Shown: positions 9,658 through 17,663, counted from the first letter of the stretch. The stretch is 45,170 nt of DNA from an uncultured Selenomonadales bacterium (GCA_946547205.1 CAMNPA010000001.1:1-45170); one strand, 5' to 3'. Program-made: numbers and translations. Notes: a model not told the origin generated them from the letters alone.

Positions 9658-10830
9658 TTACACGATTCCTGCGCGGCTTAATTCTTTAAGTTTCATTTTG
9701 GCGCACCAATATTCCAGCTTTGCGCTCTTTCGATAGAAGTCAATCGCTTTGTGCATGTCGGGAGCGACAAAGCCGCAACCTTCCTCGTAAATATTTCCGA
9801 GTTCATAAAAAGCTTCGTCCGGTTCACTTATTTCGGCGAGCTTGGTTAAGCATTCAACGGCTTTATGACCGTCTTGAGTGACGCCGCCTTTACCGTTTCG
9901 CCAAATATCGGCAAGAACTTTCAGCGCATCGGACGGACTGACAAAAAAATTATTCGTTTCGTTACGTTCAATTATCTCTGTGAGATATTCAATGGCTTTG
10001 TAGCCGTCGGGCTCCACACCGGCTTTGCCCTCAAGAAAAATTTCGGCGATCTCCTTAAGTTTTTCAGTGTCATCTTTGGCAAGCTCCGATAAGTATTCGA
10101 CAGCTTTGTAGCCGTCGGGAACGACTCCAATTTTGCCTTCAAGGTAAAGTCGAGCGGCGTTTTCAAGAGCCTCTTTATAATTTTGGAGTCCTGAACTTTC
10201 TATCCCGAAGTCACGATTAACCTTAGCCCAATATTTGCCGTGACGAATCATTTCCTCATAAATTTCAAGCGCGCGTCGTCCATCGGCTTTAAACTTACCG
10301 CAACCTTCCGTGCAAATTTCAGCAATGCTCATCAGTGCCTGCTTATCGTCAAGCGCGTCGAGTTTCTCATAAAATTCAATGGCTCTGTAACCGTCGGCTT
10401 TTAGACCGCCCAAGCCTTCACGAAACATTTCAGCCGCAAACTTAAAACCGTTTTTGTTACCGTGCTCGGCAGCTTTGATGAAAAGTTCCAAGGCTTTTTG
10501 TCCGTCCTGTTTAAAATTTTGCTTGCCGTCGCGATGAAATTCAGCCAATCGAATTGACGCAAGATCGTCATCGAGTTCAACGGCTTGAATTAAAAATTTC
10601 AAAGCCTGCTGCGGCGATCGTTCGACTTCACAAAATCCGTTGAAGTAAACTTCCGACAGCTCATACAAGGCGCGGGCTTGCGAATGCAGTTGTTCGGGGT
10701 CTCTGTTCGTTGCAAACTCTTTGAGCTTTTGCAGAGCGTCTTTGTCGCCGTCGCGAACTTTCTTGCCTAAATCTCCCGAAAGAGAATCACCGTCGCTGTA
10801 AGTTGTTTTTCCGTCGCTGTAGGTAATCAT
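9658..10830 (-). CDS. Sel1-like repeat protein (paralog of 7436-8641)
   Basis: Same repeat type: LAEFHRDGKQNFKQDGQKALELFIKAAEHGN, AAEMFREGLGGLKADGYRAIEFY, IAEICTEGCGKFKADGRRALEIY, IAEIFLEGKAGVEPDGYKAIEYL, LGNIYEEGCGFVAPDMHKAIDFYRKSAKL. RBS AAAGGAG lies 8 nt before the ATG at 10830. The track start at 10848 is a TTG. Confidence 0.8.
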   Translation of the reverse strand: MITYSDGKTTYSDGDSLSGDLGKKVRDGDKDALQKLKEFATNRDPEQLHSQARALYELSEVYFNGFCEVERSPQQALKFLIQAVELDDDLASIRLAEFHRDGKQNFKQDGQKALELFIKAAEHGNKNGFKFAAEMFREGLGGLKADGYRAIEFYEKLDALDDKQALMSIAEICTEGCGKFKADGRRALEIYEEMIRHGKYWAKVNRDFGIESSGLQNYKEALENAARLYLEGKIGVVPDGYKAVEYLSELAKDDTEKLKEIAEIFLEGKAGVEPDGYKAIEYLTEIIERNETNNFFVSPSDALKVLADIWRNGKGGVTQDGHKAVECLTKLAEISEPDEAFYELGNIYEEGCGFVAPDMHKAIDFYRKSAKLEYWCAKMKLKELSRAGIV

Positions 10831-10905
10831 CTTGTTTGCTCCTTTCAAGAAAAAGAACGTGCCGAAAAATTTTTTGACCTTTCGACACGCTCAACATATT
10901 TTTTA

Positions 10906-12276
10906 TCAATCGTTATCGTTCAATTTTTTTCGCCACTCGGCGGCTTTAACTTTGTCTTGCGGAATTCCTTCGCCTAACTCGTACATCCACATAATTTTTT
11001 TGACTGCCTCGCGATGATAAGGCGTCCTGCCGTCACCTTGAGTAAAAGTTTTCTCGTAGAAATTCAGAGCCTTGACGAAATTTTGGCGCACACCTTCGCC
11101 GAGAAAGTAAGCGTCCGCGACTTTGTAAATAGCTTTTGGGATTGAGCGAACCGATTCATAATCTACGACTCTTTCAAGACCGCCGGCAACTTTGTAACGT
11201 TCAAAAGTCTCGGCAGGATCTTCGCGACAAACTTCGCCATCCTCCGACATTTTGGCGGCGTAATAGCGGGCAACGCTGTTGAAACGAAACGGGCTGAAAT
11301 GTCCGAAGTTTTCCCGCGTCCAAGCAATTTCCGAGAAGTTCTTAAACGCTTGCGGCAAATCTTGTTTGGTGCCGAGTCCGCGATAGATCATGAGCGTCAT
11401 TTTGATTTTCGCCATATTGTAGCCGAACTTTGCGGCGCGACTGTACCATTTGAACGCCTCAGCGTAGTCTTGCTCAATTTTGTTCTCGCCGATATAAAAA
11501 ACGTCGCCGATAATTGACATTGCCGCGACTGCCCACGAGTTTTGTCCGGTTTTCTTTTTGGTGCGAGCAGCTTTCTTGTACCATTTCAACGCGCCGACGA
11601 AATCATTTTTAAGAACGAACTCTTCAGCCATTCTGACCATTGCCATTGGGGAAGATTCGGCGGCTTGTTCCATCCAAGAACTTTCGCCGGTGATTTGAGC
11701 AATTTCCATTCTCGCCGAGTTCTCGTCATCTCTGTCAAGTTTGGCAAGCCACTCTTCGGCTTTGGCAATGTCTTTTTCCGTTCCGCGTCCGCAAGCATAA
11801 TTAATTGCCGTCTGCTTGATTGAATCCTGTTTATTCAATCCGGGCTTATCCAATTCAGCGGAAAGTTTGTACCATTTAAATTTATCTTCAGGGTCGTCCG
11901 AGATATAAGCTGTCACTCGCATCGCTTTAGGGTCGCCGGCTTCCGCGCCTCTGCGATACCAAATTTTGTATTCTTCGCCTTGCCAATTTCTTTCCGTGCC
12001 AATGCCGTCGTAAATTCGCCGAGCGGTTTCGGTCATTGATTCGGCGTCTCCTGCCTCTGCCGCCATACGATAATATTTGTAAGCCTTAGCCTCAAGTTCA
12101 GGGTCTTCTTTTGTTCTCGGCACCTTCAAAACTTCTTCAAGAGTTTGAACGGGAATAACATCGCCGACTTTATCTTCCAAAGCTCCTTTTGATCTTTGCG
12201 TATAAAAATTCGCAAGCGTCTTCATTGCAGACACATCGCCGGACTCGGCGGCTTGAATCAAATCTTTTTCGTTCAT
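10906..12276 (-). CDS. Sel1/TPR repeat protein
   Basis: Classical Sel1 signatures: YKYYRMAAEAGDAESM, WYRRGAEAGDPKAMR, ALKWYKKAARTKKK, AFKWYSRAAKFGYNMA, ALNFYEKTFTQGD. RBS GAAGGAG upstream of the ATG at 12276. Confidence 0.8.
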   Translation of the reverse strand: MNEKDLIQAAESGDVSAMKTLANFYTQRSKGALEDKVGDVIPVQTLEEVLKVPRTKEDPELEAKAYKYYRMAAEAGDAESMTETARRIYDGIGTERNWQGEEYKIWYRRGAEAGDPKAMRVTAYISDDPEDKFKWYKLSAELDKPGLNKQDSIKQTAINYACGRGTEKDIAKAEEWLAKLDRDDENSARMEIAQITGESSWMEQAAESSPMAMVRMAEEFVLKNDFVGALKWYKKAARTKKKTGQNSWAVAAMSIIGDVFYIGENKIEQDYAEAFKWYSRAAKFGYNMAKIKMTLMIYRGLGTKQDLPQAFKNFSEIAWTRENFGHFSPFRFNSVARYYAAKMSEDGEVCREDPAETFERYKVAGGLERVVDYESVRSIPKAIYKVADAYFLGEGVRQNFVKALNFYEKTFTQGDGRTPYHREAVKKIMWMYELGEGIPQDKVKAAEWRKKLNDND

Positions 12277-12300
12277 GATTAACGACTCCTTCCAATGAGT

Positions 12301-12864
12301 TTAAATTTTTTCAACCTGGCTGACATCCAAATCAACGGACATATTTCCAACCAAAACTTTGAGACGTTGCTTAGTATCATCGATACTTTTTACAATCCCA
12401 ATCTGATTTTCAAACGTGCCCTCTATAATCCGCACATTGTCATTGACCTTAAAGCCTTGAGTGTCGTCGCCAATACGTCTGTCAATCAAATCATTCAGAA
12501 TCCGTTCGGCTTCTTCTTTGCTCAACGGAATAGGATTTTTATCAACTCCGACAAAGCCCGTGACGTTAGTTGTATTGCGCACGATAAACCAAGAATTTGC
12601 ATCGACAATCATATCGACAAGAACATAGCCCGGAAAAATTTTTTTCTTGACGACTCGTCGCTTGCCGTTCTTAAACTCGGACTCTTCGCACATTGGCACG
12701 ATAACATCAAAGATAACATTTTCAAGCCCTTGCGCTGCGATTTTTTTCTTAAGCGCGTCTCTAACCGTATTTTCGCGACCGGAATAAGTTTTGACAAAAT
12801 ACCAAGCACGTTCAGAAGTTCTCTCCAATTCAGGAAGACTTTTCTTTTTGCTTGTCTTATTCAT
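12301..12864 (-). CDS. NusG-family transcription elongation/antitermination factor, probable specialised paralog
   Basis: NGN domain (AWYFVKTYSGRENTVRDALKKKI, IFPGYVLVDM, NVTGFVG) and KOW motif (FKVNDNVRIIEGTFENQIGIVKSID...LKVLVGNMSVDLDVSQVEKI). RBS AAAGGAG lies 7 nt before the ATG at 12864. Flanked by Sel1 genes, not by secE/rplK. Confidence 0.8.
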   Translation of the reverse strand: MNKTSKKKSLPELERTSERAWYFVKTYSGRENTVRDALKKKIAAQGLENVIFDVIVPMCEESEFKNGKRRVVKKKIFPGYVLVDMIVDANSWFIVRNTTNVTGFVGVDKNPIPLSKEEAERILNDLIDRRIGDDTQGFKVNDNVRIIEGTFENQIGIVKSIDDTKQRLKVLVGNMSVDLDVSQVEKI

Positions 12865-12876
12865 TATGTGCTCCTT

Positions 12877-13371
12877 TCAGTTCTCGGCTAAAAGTTTGCG
12901 AATACGCGCGGCAATTCTTCGACGCTCAACCGCTTGCAGATATTCCCATGTGCACTCATTGTGGCGACGCGTCTGAAATACCATCGTCCTTGCAAAAATA
13001 TTTCCGCGATCAATCAGATAAATTTCGTTATACGTCTTGTCAATCAGATTCAGAATAAAGTTGAGCGTGTCCTTATCATTTTTCGGAACGCCGTAACCTT
13101 GTTCTGCCATCTCCAAAATATTTTGCATTGACTCTTCGTCGAGAAAAGTTTCCGCCAGCTCTTTATACAAGGCAAGAGATTTTTCATAGTCGCCATTTCC
13201 GCGCAGAAGGTCAGCAAGTTCTTTCATCGCATCAAAATTTTTTGTCGTCGCCGATTTTGCCAGCCACTCGACATAGTTTTGCTGATCTCCTTCCGTCCGA
13301 TAAATGTTTGCGAGTTTGTACATGCAATCGCCGTCACCGTCTTGCGCCCAATGAATCAATTTTTCTTTCAT
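12877..13371 (-). CDS. Small Sel1/TPR-like protein, first gene of the NusG-led operon
   Basis: 164 aa. MYKLANIYRTEGDQQNYVEWLAKSATTKNFDAMKELADLL and YEKSLALYKELAE are Sel1/TPR-like. RBS GGAGG precedes the ATG at 13371. The stop at 12877 abuts the NusG RBS. Confidence 0.55.
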   Translation of the reverse strand: MKEKLIHWAQDGDGDCMYKLANIYRTEGDQQNYVEWLAKSATTKNFDAMKELADLLRGNGDYEKSLALYKELAETFLDEESMQNILEMAEQGYGVPKNDKDTLNFILNLIDKTYNEIYLIDRGNIFARTMVFQTRRHNECTWEYLQAVERRRIAARIRKLLAEN

Positions 13372-13556
13372 GATTGTTTGCCTCCGTTCTTTTAATGAAA
13401 TTGTTTTCTTGAGTATTTCAACTCCGCCGGTATTTTATCTAAGCCGCCGTCGGTCGCTGTATCGGATTCTCGGCGTCTCCGCTTAATCTCCCGATACCGA
13501 GGTCTTTCTGTACTCATTTGCAGTTTTCAAGGATCATTTGTGAATCCGCAATGCGA

Positions 13557-13565
13557 AGTATAGCA
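13557..13565 (-). promoter_or_regulatory. Candidate extended -10 promoter (TGCTATACT) for the NusG-led operon
   Basis: Minus-strand TGCTATACT (TGnTATACT) lies just downstream of the terminator at 13589-13627 and about 185 nt upstream of the ATG at 13371. No good -35 element was seen. Confidence 0.35.
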
Positions 13566-13588
13566 GAAATCAAAATGTCATTTCGTGT

Positions 13589-13627
13589 AAAAAAAATAGC
13601 CGACTGCATGTTTTGATAGCGGTCGGA
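13589..13627 (-). terminator. Rho-independent terminator after the WYL-Sel1 gene pair
   Basis: Minus-strand RNA CCGACCGC-UAUCAAAACAU-GCAGUCGG (8-bp stem, one mismatch) followed by CUAUUUUUUUU. It begins 18 nt after the stop at 13645. Confidence 0.6.
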
Positions 13628-13644
13628 AAAATTTTTGTTCGCAT

Positions 13645-14250
13645 TTAGCTTTCAATGTGAAGCTCCGCAAGTTCTTCAAGCTTTGTGGCGGCAAAGGCGT
13701 TTCCTTTTTGAGCAGCCAAGAAATACCAATGCTGCGCTTGTTCGTAATCCTGCGCGACAATTTCGCCGGTCTCGTAAATCGAACCGAGCTTGCACATTGC
13801 AATTACGTTGCCGTTGCGTGCCGCCTTGGTGTAATAATCGAGAGCGCGTTCATTGTCGATGTCCACGCCGTAGCCATACTCATACATTTCAGCCATACGA
13901 AACGCCGCGTTGACGTTGCAGCCGCAGCTGAACGCAAAAGAATACAAACCGAATGCTCTGGAATAATTTTGCTCGACGCCGCGACCGTAGAAATACATTT
14001 CGGCAAGAGTGTATACCGCCGGGGCATCACGCAAAAAAAATAAAGGCGAACGGTCAAGCCAACAAGCCGCCTTTTCGTAATCAACTTCCGTACCGATGCC
14101 GTTGTAGTACATCAAGCCGACTTGCGTTATCGCTTTGCTGTTGCCGAGTTGAGCCGCTTTAATGTAATGAGCAAGCGCATTTTCAAAATCTCCGGCGAAA
14201 TAATACTTGTCGGCAATTGAAAGCTCTCGAACACCTTTTCTGTCTGACAT
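13645..14250 (-). CDS. Sel1 repeat protein
   Basis: Textbook Sel1 repeats: ALAHYIKAAQLGNSKAITQVGLMYYNGIGTEVDYEKAACWL, ...ALDYYTKAARNGNVIAMCKLGSIYETGEIVAQDYEQAQHWYFLAAQKGNAFA. The ATG at 14250 is preceded by AGGAG. The track start at 14361 lies inside the upstream gene. Confidence 0.85.
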   Translation of the reverse strand: MSDRKGVRELSIADKYYFAGDFENALAHYIKAAQLGNSKAITQVGLMYYNGIGTEVDYEKAACWLDRSPLFFLRDAPAVYTLAEMYFYGRGVEQNYSRAFGLYSFAFSCGCNVNAAFRMAEMYEYGYGVDIDNERALDYYTKAARNGNVIAMCKLGSIYETGEIVAQDYEQAQHWYFLAAQKGNAFAATKLEELAELHIES

Positions 14251-14255
14251 AAAGA

Positions 14256-15530
14256 TCAGTCTCCTAACTTTTTCAGAGCCGCCATTAGTCTTTCGCGAAG
14301 TTTTTTCTTGATTTTCAGCGGGCTTATTACCGTGACTTTGTCGCTGTAGCGCATGAGCCATTGATAAAGTCCGTCGTTGTCCTGCACCGTCATTATCGTT
14401 TGAAATTTCTCGTTGTTGTTTGCAGACGGTCGGACGATTTGTTTCAAAGTCAGCTGCGTGAGTATCGTTTCCAAAAAATTTTTATCGAACTCAATCGTCA
14501 CGTCCACTGTCGGCGAAGTATTCGTAGCCATGTAAATATGCTCGCGCATGTAGCGATCCAGCGAAAAATTTTTGAAGGAAGTCTCATTCAATTTAAGGTT
14601 GTTCTCTATTTCGTCAAGTCTTGCTCTCGTTGCATTGTCCGTATAGTATGGATGAGATTCCATGGCATAGCGCGCGTAAAAATCAATTCGTCTAAGCGTT
14701 TCTGTGTTCTCTTCCAAGATTTTCAAGTTTGTTATCAGGGAAACTTTAAAATGTGTGAGCTGCTGTCCTTCCGCCGTATCGCAATTCGGATAATGCGAGT
14801 AAGCGATAAGATAACATTCGTCTTCTTCCCACGTCAAAAAATACGGCGAGACCCGGAAAGTTTCTGTGATTTTCTCGTGCGACTTTCGTTGTTTCTGCCG
14901 CGTTTGCAACGGAACTTTTTCATCCTCATATTTAAAACTTCGCTCGTAAAGGTTAAACGTCACCTGTCGTCCCTCGATTATGGCTTTCAGCAGCTCCGAT
15001 ATTATCGGCAAAATTTTTCGGTGCGTTTTGCGACGAATGCCCTGCCATATTTTAATCTGCTTATTTACAATGGCATAGCTGAACATGTCGCCGGTTGTGC
15101 CGATTAAGCTTTTAAATTTTTTGATGATGGTTTCGGTCTCTTCCGTTGAAATTGAAGGCGTTCGATAGAGCGCGATAACAATCAGCGCAAATTCTGCGGG
15201 CGTGAAAAGAAATTCTCTGCCTTCGTTTGCATTGTAATAGCCAAGCTTGTTGTCGGCGCAAGTCTCTATTTTGTAAAGTTCGGGCAGCAGATTCATATCA
15301 TTAACGATTCGACTTACGGTCGGCGGAACTTTGAACTTTTTAGGATTCATCAGCAATTCAACATCAGGTTTCGGAAAATCCTTTGGAAAAAGTTCGTGCA
15401 GCGTCGTTTCGACTTCCTTGATAATTTCCCGCGCTGTTTTCGGATTTTCTCTGTCCGTATTTTGCAGAGCATTGACTATCAGCAAATCTTTAATGAAATT
15501 TTTGGAAAAAATTTTGGCTTTAGAACTCAT
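14256..15530 (-). CDS. HTH-WYL-WCX type transcriptional regulator (BrxR/CapW/PafBC-like architecture)
   Basis: N-terminal winged-helix-like region. Central WYL-type strand pattern FRVSPYFLTWEEDECYLIAY. C-terminal MTVQDNDGLYQWLMRYSDKVTVISPLKIKKKLRERLMAALKKL matches the usual WYL-protein C-terminal extension. RBS AGGAG lies 7 nt before the ATG at 15530. Confidence 0.65.
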   Translation of the reverse strand: MSSKAKIFSKNFIKDLLIVNALQNTDRENPKTAREIIKEVETTLHELFPKDFPKPDVELLMNPKKFKVPPTVSRIVNDMNLLPELYKIETCADNKLGYYNANEGREFLFTPAEFALIVIALYRTPSISTEETETIIKKFKSLIGTTGDMFSYAIVNKQIKIWQGIRRKTHRKILPIISELLKAIIEGRQVTFNLYERSFKYEDEKVPLQTRQKQRKSHEKITETFRVSPYFLTWEEDECYLIAYSHYPNCDTAEGQQLTHFKVSLITNLKILEENTETLRRIDFYARYAMESHPYYTDNATRARLDEIENNLKLNETSFKNFSLDRYMREHIYMATNTSPTVDVTIEFDKNFLETILTQLTLKQIVRPSANNNEKFQTIMTVQDNDGLYQWLMRYSDKVTVISPLKIKKKLRERLMAALKKLGD

Positions 15531-15677
15531 GATAATTCTCCTGACTTTATATCACAGACGAACGACCGTATAAATGAAGAAAGCTCGACAGCGTTTCCGT
15601 CGCACTGCCAAGCTTAATCCGTTTAATGGTTTATTTCAAGAACTTTTGGGCAAAAATTTCAAGGCTCGAAATGCAAT

Positions 15678-16943
15678 TCAAATTTTTATGGGAATGGTCA
15701 CGATTACAACGGTTCCGCCGCCTTCGCGTGGTCGTATCGTCAATTTTCCGCCGCACATCATTTTCAGTCGTTGTTGTATGTTCGCCAAAGCTGTATGCGG
15801 TTCGTAATCGGCGACAGGCTCAAATCCCGGTCCGCTGTCTTCCACGACAATTTCACTGCCGAAATCTGTCTGCCGTGTTTGAATTGAAATGCAAAGCGGA
15901 GCGTGTTCCGGGTCCATGCCGTGCTTGACGGCGTTTTCTACGATTGGCTGAAGTGTCAGCGGCGGCAACCGAAAATTTTCGTGCGGCGTATCGTACTCAA
16001 CCAAAAGGCTGTCCTCGAACTGAACCTGCTCAATGGAGAGATAGGCGCGCGTGTGTTCCAATTCGTCGGCGAAAGGAATAGTCTCTTCGCTTGCAATGGC
16101 GGTGAAATTTTTGCGGAGATAAGTTGTAAAATCTAACGTGACTTGTTGAGCTTTTTTCGGGTCTTGCGCACAAAGATAGTAAATGCTCATCATGGCGTTA
16201 TAAATGAAGTGCGGTCGCATTTGCAGTATCATGATATTGGCGCGCTGATTGGCAATTTCCCGTTGCTGCTCAAAATACTGCTCAATCTGATCGTAAAGGA
16301 TGATGACGAACAGCGAAAGAATTGAAACGCACACGGTTAAAACGACGGTCGCGAGAAGTTCAGTAATAACACCATTGATAAACACGACGACCTGCAACGG
16401 CAGCAGATGAATCAGGAAAGCGACGTAATATTTTTTGGGCAACTTGTCGCGTCGCTGTATCACGCTTGCCGTATTCAGAAACATAACCACAAACATTGGA
16501 GCCACCATAAGCGAATGCCAAGAAACTTGTACAAATTGGTTGTCCGGCGTGACGTAATAAAAAATCGTCGTAAACGGTGCTGATGTCAACATGATAAAAT
16601 ATATTACCCACAAGGCGATAACAGTTCGGGAAAGTGAACTCTTCCGCAGGTCTTCGCCGCAAGTGTGTAACAGGTACGCCGTAAACATTGGCATCGGTAT
16701 CGAAAGGAACAGATATTCAAAATAGGCAACAATTTCTTCCACAAGTGCCATGCTCGGATCAGTGTAAACCAACAGGTCGACGAAAGCAGAAATCATATAC
16801 AACATTAAATCGGCAAACAAAATTACGAAGAAACGTTTGTTCCATTGATTCATGCCGGGAATCATGAAAGAAATCCAAAGTATCAGCACCGTCAATGTAA
16901 TTACCGCGCCGCATACGAAGAAATAAAAATTTTCCAAACTCAT
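15678..16943 (-). CDS. Membrane sensor histidine kinase, LytS/YehU-type (His_kinase + HATPase_c)
   Basis: About 6 N-terminal TM helices. His_kinase motif LQMRPHFIYNAMMSIYYL, N-box LQPIVENAVKHG, G1 box VVEDSGPGF. Its ATG overlaps the regulator stop (ATGA at 16940-16943). Confidence 0.85.
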   Translation of the reverse strand: MSLENFYFFVCGAVITLTVLILWISFMIPGMNQWNKRFFVILFADLMLYMISAFVDLLVYTDPSMALVEEIVAYFEYLFLSIPMPMFTAYLLHTCGEDLRKSSLSRTVIALWVIYFIMLTSAPFTTIFYYVTPDNQFVQVSWHSLMVAPMFVVMFLNTASVIQRRDKLPKKYYVAFLIHLLPLQVVVFINGVITELLATVVLTVCVSILSLFVIILYDQIEQYFEQQREIANQRANIMILQMRPHFIYNAMMSIYYLCAQDPKKAQQVTLDFTTYLRKNFTAIASEETIPFADELEHTRAYLSIEQVQFEDSLLVEYDTPHENFRLPPLTLQPIVENAVKHGMDPEHAPLCISIQTRQTDFGSEIVVEDSGPGFEPVADYEPHTALANIQQRLKMMCGGKLTIRPREGGGTVVIVTIPIKI

Positions 16944-17545
16944 TCATCTGCACCGCCCAACGGAAACGGATAGCGAAGGTTTTTCAGTTGCGCACGTACA
17001 TTTTCGGACGTAATCGGCTTTAGCAGGAATCCGCCGGCTCCTGTGCTCCACGCGTCAAAGGAATATTCGACGTACGCGGTCAGATAAACAACGTTCGTTC
17101 GCGGATTTATCTCAAGCAACGAGCGGGAAAGGTCAAAGCCGTTTGTTTTGCCCGTTCCCATTTCAATATCGAGAAAAGCCAGCGCAATTAAATTTGTCTT
17201 GGCGTATTCGATCGCTTCCAACGGTCGAGTAAAGCCCGTGATTATGGCATTGGGCATCACTTCTTCCAAAATCGGCAAGGCACCCGAAAGGAAAATTTTT
17301 CTGTCGTCCACCATGATAACTTTCGGTTCGTCGTCGCTTTCCAGTACAGCCGAAATCAATGTATTAACGTCCGTACCGAGGCAACGTGAGAGACGTACAA
17401 TCATTGCGGCGTCCGGCAAACGACTGCCGTTTTCCCAGCGAGCAACCGTCGAACGAGTCACGTACATTCGTTCTGCCAATTCCCGCTGAGAAAGTCCTTT
17501 GGCTGTGCGAAACCTTCTCAAGTTTTCTGCAAACAGTATACGCAT
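16940..17545 (-). CDS. Response regulator with N-terminal XRE/Cro-type HTH and C-terminal receiver domain
   Basis: HTH: LRRFRTAKGLSQRELAERMYVTRSTVARWENGSRLPD. Receiver: KVIMVDDRK, acceptor Asp in AFLDIEMG, VVYLTAY, FLLKP. Confidence 0.8.
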   Translation of the reverse strand: MRILFAENLRRFRTAKGLSQRELAERMYVTRSTVARWENGSRLPDAAMIVRLSRCLGTDVNTLISAVLESDDEPKVIMVDDRKIFLSGALPILEEVMPNAIITGFTRPLEAIEYAKTNLIALAFLDIEMGTGKTNGFDLSRSLLEINPRTNVVYLTAYVEYSFDAWSTGAGGFLLKPITSENVRAQLKNLRYPFPLGGADE

Positions 17546-17663
17546 TTTTTTTTGCTCACTTCAATTTTTTCTGTAGTTTAATCATGCAGGGCGTGAAAAA
17601 CAATACAAAGCAAGTGTGACATTGTGGAACGCATCAAATTCGAGACTGAAAATTTTTTTGCAA

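Noticed and set aside
12301-12864. Annotating this gene as the housekeeping nusG
   Set aside because: The gene context (Sel1 genes on both sides, no secE/rplK) argues for a paralog. Only the whole genome can settle it.
15531-15677. Promoter and terminator calls in the kinase / WYL-regulator intergenic region
   Set aside because: A TGTGATATAA stretch could be an extended -10 for the WYL gene, and TTTCGAGCCTTGAAA a weak hairpin after the kinase gene. Both are too degenerate to report as features.
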